Position numbers and translations under genes: made by a program. 64,000 nt of DNA from Burkholderiales bacterium. Its GTDB lineage: Bacteria > Pseudomonadota > Gammaproteobacteria > Burkholderiales > SG8-39. This document shows, one piece after another, positions 9,960 through 16,308 of the stretch (position 1 is the first letter of the stretch; every line of letters begins with the position of its first letter). The notes beneath the pieces are model-generated. The model was not told the DNA's origin, searched no databases, and saw only the letters and a program-made list of their open reading frames with translations. The DNA is taken from NCBI GenBank assembly GCA_035762345.1, contig DASTPE010000048.1, positions 41,948 to 105,947 of the forward strand, given 5' to 3'.

Positions 9960-10286
9960 ATGCGCGTCAAGACCCTGAATCCTTCAGCGATGCACCGCGC
10001 CGCAGACAGCGCATGCGGCCTGATGAAGACGCTCGCCCATCCGGACCGACTGATGCTCCTCTGCCAGCTCGCGCACACCGGCGAGATGACCGTCGGCGAG
10101 CTGGAGGAGAGGCTCGATATCCACCAGCCGACGCTGTCGCAACAGCTCACGGTGCTACGGGACGAGAAGCTCGTCGACACGCGCCGTGAGGGGAAGTACA
10201 TCTACTATCGCGTGCGCCCGGGGGCAGCGCTCGCGCTTCTCGAGGCGGTGTACCGCGAGTTCTGCGGACCGGGAAAGAACCGCTAG
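9960..10286 (+). CDS. ArsR/SmtB-family metalloregulator-type transcriptional repressor
   Basis: The winged-HTH signature reads LKTLAHPDRLMLLCQLAHTGEMTVGELEERLDIHQPTLSQQLTVLRDEKLVDTRREGKYIYYRV. I chose the ATG at 9960 rather than the track's TTG at 9915, which lies upstream of the predicted promoter. Confidence 0.85.
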   Translation: MRVKTLNPSAMHRAADSACGLMKTLAHPDRLMLLCQLAHTGEMTVGELEERLDIHQPTLSQQLTVLRDEKLVDTRREGKYIYYRVRPGAALALLEAVYREFCGPGKNR

Positions 10287-10322
10287 GGCTTCTGAGGAAC
10301 CGGCGGAACTAGCTGCCTGGCG

Positions 10323-10937
10323 TTATGGGCCAGGCATCATCCTGGTCGGCTTTTCCAGCAGGGCAAAGTCGGAGTCTTTGCAGCTCACATTCGGGTTGGT
10401 CGGCGCGAACATGCCGAGCGGGTTGTCCTTGAACAGCCATGCATGCAGGTCGTAATGCACAAAGCCCTGAGGAATGAGCGGTTCGTGTCCTTCCATCGGG
10501 CCCTGGAAGGGATGGCCGAACAGAGACGGCCGCTCCTTCGTATCTGGCGTTAGAGGCACGAGCCACTCAACCGCCACCAGTTTCAATTCTTTGCCCACCG
10601 GCTCGTAGATCAGCACATTAGGCTTCATCGGGTCCGGCGCGCCCCGCACCGTGAGATTGACAAAGTGCACGCCCATTGCGCCTTTGGCGTATTCCATATG
10701 CCCAGTCATCTTCTCGCCGGAGTAATGCACGCAGCCCACAGTCGATAGATAAAGGTCGCGCACGGCTACCTTGTAGTCCTGATATTTCTCCATCGACTTG
10801 CGCAACGCATCGATTTGAACCTTGTAAGGCCCTTCGACAACGGTGCCTTTCTTGCCCGCTTGCGCGGCGGCTTCGTGGAAAGAAAACGCGCCTGACAGAA
10901 ACAGGATGGATGCCGCGCCCAAGACGATGTGCTTCAT
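10323..10937 (-). CDS. Secreted hypothetical protein (no family recognised)
   Basis: 204 aa with a clear signal peptide (MKHIVLGAASILFLSGAFSFHEAAAQA). The start is preceded by GGGAGGAGAA. Composition is protein-like. I recognise no motif. Confidence 0.6.
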   Translation of the reverse strand: MKHIVLGAASILFLSGAFSFHEAAAQAGKKGTVVEGPYKVQIDALRKSMEKYQDYKVAVRDLYLSTVGCVHYSGEKMTGHMEYAKGAMGVHFVNLTVRGAPDPMKPNVLIYEPVGKELKLVAVEWLVPLTPDTKERPSLFGHPFQGPMEGHEPLIPQGFVHYDLHAWLFKDNPLGMFAPTNPNVSCKDSDFALLEKPTRMMPGP

Positions 10938-11085
10938 GGTTCTCCTCCCTTGGCCGTAATTTACCGGCCACTAAGTTAGCGCATTTTCATCGCGTCCGGC
11001 AGCAATGTATAGCGATGGCGGGTTAATGCCGCCCCTCGGGAGGAGAACGCTCGGCTACGCTAGGACGCCCCGGCTTAGCGTCATC

Positions 11086-11505
11086 TCAACCGTCAAGGCC
11101 GCGACTGGGATACGACGCCACCAACTGCAATAACACCTTCGGATCGCACGGCTTGATAAGGTAGTAGTCGAAGCCGCTTAACTCGGCGACCATTCTGTCC
11201 CGGATCTTGGTGTACTGCCCGCTGAGAGCGATCAGCAGGGGGCGCTTGCCGCTTTTGTGTCCGCGAACGTCTCGGGCCGCATCCCATCCGGTCTTGCCGG
11301 GCATTGCTATGTCCATAATGACGACATCGGGATTGAAGTCCTGAACGTCCGCGACGATGGTGCTCGCGTTGTAAATTCCCTTGGCGTTGTACCCGTCGAT
11401 CTGAAGCAAGGCGAGCAGGGAATCGACCATATCTCGATTGTCATCCACAACCAGCACACGAGTTCGGTGCATATCCGCAGGAATGTTATCTGCGCACCGC
11501 ATCAT
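11086..11505 (-). CDS. Stand-alone CheY-like receiver protein
   Basis: The sequence reads RVLVVDDNRDMVDSLLALL...DVVIMDIAMPGKTGWD...PLLIALSGQ...YYLIKP. All receiver hallmarks (DD, phospho-Asp, T/S, K) are present and there is no output domain. Confidence 0.85.
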   Translation of the reverse strand: MMRCADNIPADMHRTRVLVVDDNRDMVDSLLALLQIDGYNAKGIYNASTIVADVQDFNPDVVIMDIAMPGKTGWDAARDVRGHKSGKRPLLIALSGQYTKIRDRMVAELSGFDYYLIKPCDPKVLLQLVASYPSRGLDG

Positions 11506-11687
11506 TGTTAAGAATCAGCTAGGCACCCCAGAGCCTATCTCCTCATGCGCCGACGCAGCTAAGAACGGCCGTCGCATGATGGCCATTGTAGGAAGGAAGC
11601 TACAACTGGCATCAGGATTCGGCGGCAGCGCAAGGCCGTCTTACTTATTTCCACGCTCATGAATACAGCGGTCAGTCAGAGACCGAA

Positions 11688-11849
11688 ATGTGTGCACCAG
11701 GGCTAGATAAGGACGGCGACAATAAGTTCTCCCAAAGCGAGCTCGCACTTGCGCCCGCGGCGGGTGACAAGTCCGACGCAGGCGCCACGAAGCTCGGCCC
11801 CGAAGAAGCAGTAAGCCAGTCTTGCCGCCTGCAAACTGCTGCTAGCTGA
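11688..11849 (+). pseudogene. EF-hand protein C-terminal fragment (paralogous to 13339..13620)
   Basis: The 53-codon ORF reads MCAPGLDKDGDNKFSQSELALAPAAGDKSDAGATKLGPEEAV... and contains one canonical EF loop (DKDGDNKFSQSE). It resembles the ...LDKNKDGKLSRDELTPAPAGAGAT tail of the intact EF-hand gene. It has no signal peptide and no RBS. Confidence 0.35.
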
Positions 11850-11855
11850 GCAACC

Positions 11856-12176
11856 CTAAGCAGCCTTCTTCGCCCAGGCCGAGCACCAGCCCTTCGCGCT
11901 TACCTCCCGGGCCGAGAAGATGTCGCATGGTCCCCAGGCATCGGCGGATTTCCCCTTGAAGAAGTTGCAGTTCGCGCAGGTCTGGCCGGGCTGGTAGTTC
12001 TTGAACTTCGCCTGGTCGACCTTCGCTACGTCCTCCTTGTAGCCGAGCCCCTGCGCCTGGGGCTCGCCTTCGCTCACGCGCTTCGGCGCCTGCGCAAGGC
12101 CGACGGCGGGAATCAGGGCGAGCGAACCCAGCAGCAATATGCGGCGACGGCCGTGACGGAATGGTTGAGCGGACAT
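11856..12176 (-). CDS. High-potential iron-sulfur protein (HiPIP) with Tat signal
   Basis: A twin-arginine leader reads RHGRRRILLLGSLALIPAVGLAQA. The four-Cys HiPIP pattern reads CANCNFF...GPCDIF...GWCSAW. The RBS is AAAGGAGA. Confidence 0.9.
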   Translation of the reverse strand: MSAQPFRHGRRRILLLGSLALIPAVGLAQAPKRVSEGEPQAQGLGYKEDVAKVDQAKFKNYQPGQTCANCNFFKGKSADAWGPCDIFSAREVSAKGWCSAWAKKAA

Positions 12177-12377
12177 CGCGGTCTCCTTTCGGGCGAGCCC
12201 CCGGCGAGCCTGCTTCGCAAGATTCGCTCCCGAACGGTGAAGCTGCAGTGCGGTCTCTTCGTCAGAGTCTCCGCAGCGCGAAGGTCTGCAAGGGCGGAGG
12301 TGTTCGTCCGCATCGATAGCTGCACCGCGTTCGACTACTTGCTAGCGCCGGTCACCTCGTACCTCAGGCGGCGATTC

Positions 12378-12583
12378 GCGAGCCGGTCTGATGCGCGCTA
12401 TTTCCGGTCCAATTCGCCATCTAGCGGCGCGCAGCTCGGAAGGACAGTTCCGAAAAACTGGCACAAGACTCGGGCTCGCCGCGACCAAGCGCCTTGTTGA
12501 GCTGCACTGTGGGCAAAATCCTCGTTGACAGTGCCGTCGGCCACGGTTCGACGTTTCGGGTGACATTGCCGGCGCGCAACTGA
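12378..12583 (+). pseudogene. Histidine-kinase HATPase_c tail remnant with frameshift
   Basis: One frame reads ...FRKTGTRLGLAATKRLVELHCGQNPR* (G2 box region). The next frame continues KILVDSAVGHGSTFRVTLPARN* (the canonical G-x-GS-x-F...LP end). The two halves join only across a 1-nt shift near 12510. No HisKA or sensor part lies upstream. Confidence 0.5.
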
Positions 12584-12613
12584 GACCGAGAGGACGGCTC
12601 GCGCGGCCCACGC

Positions 12614-13257
12614 CAGGCCGGCTATATCGAGGACACTCGATCCACATCGAGTGGCGCTATGCCGAGCGCCTTCCGGGTCTTGCCGCCGAGCTCATCGCGA
12701 CGAAGCCGAGGCTCATCGTCGCCGAAACCACCGTGGCGGTGAGGGCCGCGAAGCAGGCGACTTCCACCATCCCGATCGTGATGACGGCAGTGGCTGATGC
12801 AGTGGGCAGCGGCCTAGTCGCGAGCCTCCCCCGGTCGGGCGCGAATGTTACGGGCATGTCCTTCCTCGGCACCGAGATCGTCGGCAAGCAGCTCGATCTG
12901 CTTAAGCAGGCCATGCCGCCGATCAGCCGGGTCGCGGTCCTGCGGCATCTCGGCGCGCACGCGGAAGCGACCGCCAAGCGCATGCGGCAGGAAGCGGACG
13001 CCGCGGCTCGCGCGATGGAACTGAGCACGAAAGTCGTCGACGTCTCGGCGGCCGGCGACCTCAACGCCGCCTTCGATTCCATCGCGCGGGACAAGGCTGA
13101 CGCGTTGCTGGTCTGGGCAAGCCCGATGTTTCTGGCGGAGCGGAAAAAGCTTATCGCGCTGTCCATGCAGCATCGACTCCCGACTGTGTACCACCAGCGC
13201 GAGTTCCCTCAGGCCGGTGGACTGACGTCCTATGGCCCCAACCTGCCGGAAAAGGGC
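12614..13257 (+). pseudogene. ABC-transporter substrate-binding protein (ABC_sub_bind-type) remnant, 5'- and 3'-truncated, frameshifted
   Basis: The sequence reads QAGYIE / (shift) / SIHIEWRYAERLPGLAAELIATKPRLIVAETTVAVRAAKQATSTIPIVMTAV...GGLTSYGPNLPEKG. There is no signal peptide or first ~70 aa. The usual C-terminal ~60 aa are missing. A frame change occurs near 12630. Confidence 0.55.
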
Positions 13258-13286
13258 CTGATAGCGCAGGCTGCAGCTTTTGAGCG

Positions 13287-13316
13287 TGAAAAAGAAAAGC
13301 CCCGCGAAGGCGGGGC
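13287..13316 (-). terminator. Rho-independent terminator of the EF-hand gene
   Basis: On the minus strand the hairpin is gccccgc-cttc-gcggggc (13299-13316), followed by ttttctttttc. Confidence 0.65.
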
Positions 13317-13338
13317 TCATTGCAGGCAGCAAAAAATG

Positions 13339-13620
13339 CTACTGCTTCTTCGGCTGCGTGGCACCTGCGCCAGCGGGCGCAGGTGTGAGTTCGTCTCTGG
13401 AGAGCTTACCGTCCTTGTTCTTATCCAGCTTGTCGAAATCCTTCTCGTACGGTGTCCCCTTCGCCTCTTCGCGGGAAATGGACCCGTCCTTGTCCTTGTC
13501 CGCCATCCCGCTTCCCGGCGTCGTAGCGCCGGCGGCTGGTTTCTCGCTCTGAGCCTGGCTCAGGAGGGGTACCGCAAGGGCGGCTGCTATGGCTACTGCA
13601 ACTAGTGTCTTCAATCTCAT
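13339..13620 (-). CDS. Secreted EF-hand calcium-binding protein
   Basis: The signal peptide reads MRLKTLVAVAIAAALAVPLLSQAQ. Two EF loops are present (DKDKDGSISREE and DKNKDGKLSRDE). Confidence 0.8.
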   Translation of the reverse strand: MRLKTLVAVAIAAALAVPLLSQAQSEKPAAGATTPGSGMADKDKDGSISREEAKGTPYEKDFDKLDKNKDGKLSRDELTPAPAGAGATQPKKQ

Positions 13621-13910
13621 TGCTGGTCTCCGGTTGTCCCCTATCCAAAGGGTACGTACACGCAGTTCGGTTTCTCGTCCGATTGGTTATTTCCTGCGGG
13701 TGGAAATATAAGCAAGAAGCACAACGCTCCGATACCGCTAAATCCTGCTATCGGGTGTAGCTTTCTTTCTACAGTGCGCATCATCGTCGCGAAAGCCCGA
13801 CACTCGACTATGTGGCGTAGCGTTTTAGCGACGCCGGCGAAGCTTGACCCCGGTCATCGTCTTGAAGCGATACACGCGTAGGGTCTGTAGGGGCAAGAAT
13901 CTTTGTTCGC

Positions 13911-14102
13911 ATGGTCAGCGACAGTATCCATTGCGAAATTCTCAGACGCGCGGCCGAAGTTGCAGGGGATGAAGATACGCTTGCACAGCACCTCGACGTG
14001 AGATCGGAGGACGTGCACGAGTGGGTGCAAGGCAGAGCGACAGCGCGGGCCGGTGTCTACATAGTAGCGCTAGACATGCTCGCGCGCGGCCCGCAGCGCT
14101 GA
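13911..14102 (+). CDS. Hypothetical 63-aa protein, possibly Cro/YdaS-like HTH
   Basis: The stretch ILRRAAEVAGDEDTLAQHLDVRSEDVHEWVQG fits a helix-turn-helix pattern loosely. No RBS is visible. It lies in the low-GC patch. Confidence 0.25.
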   Translation: MVSDSIHCEILRRAAEVAGDEDTLAQHLDVRSEDVHEWVQGRATARAGVYIVALDMLARGPQR

Positions 14103-14185
14103 CGACTTCACCCGCAAGAAAAGCCCAAAGGAAACCCCGCAAGTAGAGCGCGATTGACTACGCGCGATCTTCGACTGCGCGTGCC

Positions 14186-14267
14186 ATAAAAGAAAAAGCC
14201 CCGGACGGGTCCAGTCTTGCGGGGCTTTGATCTCCGAGCGAGGGGATGCAGCCTCGGAGAATGGGGA
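14186..14267 (-). ncRNA. Candidate ~80-nt small RNA (promoter + two hairpins + intrinsic terminator, no ORF)
   Basis: On the minus strand, hairpin 1 is ctccgag/ctcggag (14259-14232). Hairpin 2 is aaagccccg...cggggcttt (14228-14195). A ttcttttat tract follows (14194-14186). The start is inferred from the promoter at 14274-14303. Confidence 0.3.
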
Positions 14268-14273
14268 AATCTA

Positions 14274-14303
14274 AATCTATCGACGCAGCCGTCGGGATGT
14301 AAA
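14274..14303 (-). promoter_or_regulatory. Sigma70-like promoter for the candidate sRNA
   Basis: On the minus strand the -35 is TTTACA (14303-14298). An 18-nt spacer follows. The -10 is TAGATT (14279-14274), with a second TAGATT immediately downstream. Confidence 0.3.
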
Positions 14304-14526
14304 GCGGGGTTTCTGTATGCAGCAGGCCTCTGCGCGTCATGTTGGCACCTCATACCGGAACTTCAGCGCTACACAGCCTCGCCCTGGCATGTGTCCTTCA
14401 AATTGCGCGCTCAGAGCCGAACGCGGCTCAAGCGGGGCTTCCTCGGCGTACACTGAAGCGAGTTACGTTCGCGAAGGGCGATATGCAACGGGAATTCTCG
14501 GCGCTTTTTTATGAAGTAAGAGGCCA

Positions 14527-14979
14527 ATGCGCCTGAACGACTGGCAGAAATTATGGGTTGCTGCAACCGCGGTCTGGGCATTGTGCGCGCCCATGTTCTA
14601 CTTAAAGGACCAATTCCCCACTAAGGACAAGATAGATCGGACGCAAGCGAGGATGCTCAGAAGCGATATCGCGCTGTACACAAGATACGGATTTGTTCGG
14701 ACTCCTTTGTGGAACGATTACGAGAGTATGAAGATGGTAGTCCGCAATCTGTCTGACGAGGAGGTAATGTCGCTCGCAAGAGGGTTAGCCTCAGGAATGC
14801 AAGAGCCCGGAAATCGTTTAGAGGTGACCTTAGCTGGGTGGGATCGTGAGCTTGGCGAGCTGCGCAAACAGCAGGCTATATGGCTCGGAGCCTATGTTCT
14901 AGTCGTTTTGGTACCGAGCGCACTGGTGTACGGCGCGGGCTTGGTGACGGCATGGGTCCGAAGGCGATTTCGAAAATAG
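14527..14979 (+). CDS. Hypothetical two-helix membrane protein
   Basis: 150 aa with an AAGAGG RBS 5 nt upstream of the ATG. Hydrophobic helices lie at the N-terminus (LWVAATAVWALCAPMFYL) and C-terminus (AIWLGAYVLVVLVPSALVYGAGLVTAWV). The DNA is lower-GC. No family recognised. Confidence 0.5.
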   Translation: MRLNDWQKLWVAATAVWALCAPMFYLKDQFPTKDKIDRTQARMLRSDIALYTRYGFVRTPLWNDYESMKMVVRNLSDEEVMSLARGLASGMQEPGNRLEVTLAGWDRELGELRKQQAIWLGAYVLVVLVPSALVYGAGLVTAWVRRRFRK

Positions 14980-15095
14980 GAATGGCTTGCACAAGCGCAG
15001 CCGAGTCGCTGAGTGCCGCCACACCTGGCGACTCTCAGTGTCCGACGATCCGCGACAACGCGAGTTCGCGCCGAAATGACGAAGGAGATCTTGAG

Positions 15096-15280
15096 CTAGA
15101 ACGGCCCCATGAGATGCCGCAGAACGTCCCTTCGCGATTGGTCCGGCAGCCTGAACGGCTTGGCGTAGCTGCTCCCCAGATACGCCAAACTTCTCGGCCC
15201 AATAGCGCACCTCATGGTCCCGGTCTACATTGATTCGCTCGTCGTCGTGCGTGCCTGTCTTCTTCAGATCTATCGGTCAT
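15096..15280 (-). pseudogene. DUF3606-family small protein disrupted by two frameshifts
   Basis: ATG at 15280 follows GGAG. The three frames read MTDRS / KKTGTHDDERINVDRDHEVRYWAEKFGVSGEQLRQAVQAAGPIAK / DVLRHLMGPF*. Codon first positions are congruent to 1, then 0, then 2 (mod 3). The span is 185 nt, which is 3n+2. The joined sequence matches the DUF3606 pattern (RINV...YW..KFGVS..EL..AV..vG). Confidence 0.6.
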
Positions 15281-15638
15281 AAGGATCTCCTTTCGGGGGG
15301 GGGTGCGCAGTATTTCGGACGGTGTCTCGTCCGAGCGGCGAGGCGGCTTCCGGGTGCCAGTGCGCAATTCTCGGGGGACGTTAGCTCTACGCTTCTTGGC
15401 CGATACGTCGAGTCCATCCCGCAGACGCCACTGTGACCGAATTATGCGGTGGTTCAGGAGTGGCACTGCGAGGAGGCGTGACGTGCATGCTCTTAGCGGT
15501 TAGCAGTCTGCGAGCAACAGGGCTGCGATGGCGTTCGCTTCAGCCTTCAAACGCTGTTGGAACTTGCAAGTAGACAGTCCGGCCCGCGCCAGAGTAGAGA
15601 ACTACTAGATCGGGTCCACGCCCACTACGAGTAGTGGG

Positions 15639-15711
15639 GTCGTGCCATGAGACTAAACAAAGGCTGACACAGGTGAAGGGAAGGGCTTGGTAATGTGCCT
15701 TTTTGATTCTC
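15639..15711 (+). repeat. Conserved leader, copy 1 of a 314-bp tandem duplication
   Basis: gtcgtgccatgaga...ctgaca...ggcttggtaatgtgc...ttctc. The 14-mer and 15-mer blocks are identical to copy 2 at 15953. Confidence 0.8.
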
Positions 15712-15729
15712 CGTTATTTTGGTTAGGCG

Positions 15730-15939
15730 ATGGTGCGCGACGGGATTCTCGTCGTTTTGCTGCTCGTTGTTGTATGGGCCAACTACGAGGCCGATGTAAT
15801 CCGCCCGTTCGTTCAGCAGCACGCCAAGGCGGCGACCTGCATAGTCAGAAACTTTGAGATCGGAAACCTGAGGCCGGTGCGATCTGCTGTCGAGCAAAAC
15901 GTGCCCTCCCCGACGAACCCAGGGGAGTGCCACGGTTAG
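15730..15939 (+). CDS. Small hydrophobic protein, paralog 1 (69 aa)
   Basis: The sequence is MVRDGILVVLLLVVVWANYEADVIRPFVQQHAKAATCIVRNFEIGNLRPV... It shares the A-x-A-x-x-C-x-x-R-N-[FY]-x-x-G-N-L block with the ORF at 16027. The RBS is weak. Confidence 0.4.
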   Translation: MVRDGILVVLLLVVVWANYEADVIRPFVQQHAKAATCIVRNFEIGNLRPVRSAVEQNVPSPTNPGECHG

Positions 15940-15952
15940 GCAGAGCCGTGTT

Positions 15953-16026
15953 GTCGTGCCATGAGAGCCAACAAACACTGACAGCAGTACTATGAGATGG
16001 CTTGGTAATGTGCGTTCTTAGTTCTC
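15953..16026 (+). repeat. Conserved leader, copy 2 of the tandem duplication
   Basis: gtcgtgccatgaga...ctgaca...ggcttggtaatgtgc...ttctc, immediately followed by the ATG at 16027. Confidence 0.8.
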
Positions 16027-16176
16027 ATGCGTGAGTTGGTCATCGGGTTGCTGGTCATTGGCGTGGTCGTCGCGCTGCTCGTTGTTCTTGGCGCGGACCT
16101 CGCCGAGGCGATGAGCTGCATGATCCGGAACTACTCCGACGGGAACCTCCCGCGCACGGTGCAGCTCTGCTTTTGA
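16027..16176 (+). CDS. Small hydrophobic protein, paralog 2 (49 aa; below the ORF-track cutoff)
   Basis: My translation is MRELVIGLLVIGVVVALLVVLGADLAEAMSCMIRNYSDGNLPRTVQLCF*. It has one predicted helix plus the shared C-x-x-R-N-[FY]-x-x-G-N-L block. Confidence 0.4.
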   Translation: MRELVIGLLVIGVVVALLVVLGADLAEAMSCMIRNYSDGNLPRTVQLCF

Positions 16177-16278
16177 CACCTTAAGGAGTGCCGCCAGGTT
16201 TAGGCCGTCAGGCCGTACAAATGAAAAGGGCCCTGGGCAGCCGGATCGAGGTGAAGCGACCGAGGCCCCACGGGGCAG

Positions 16279-16308
16279 AAAAAACTTCAGGCTCAGATTT
16301 CAGCCTAA
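16279..16308 (-). terminator. Probable intrinsic terminator of the solA-like gene
   Basis: On the minus strand the hairpin is aggct-gaaatctg-agcct, overlapping the TGA stop. The tract gaagtttttt follows. The stem is short. Confidence 0.4.

Noticed and set aside
13641-13784. 47-aa minus-strand ORF (MMRTVERKLHPIAGFSGIGALCFLLIF...) upstream of the EF-hand gene
   Set aside because: It has no RBS. It contains the tatttcc/ggaaata inverted repeat, which is more plausibly a regulatory site. It is likely non-coding.
15480-15600. Minus-strand reading ...LARAGLSTCKFQQRLKAEANAIAALLLADC*, considered as an IS3-type HTH fragment
   Set aside because: It is only ~30 residues with no start codon, and its similarity to the HTH_Tnp pattern is loose. 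It is treated as part of the debris patch, not as a feature.
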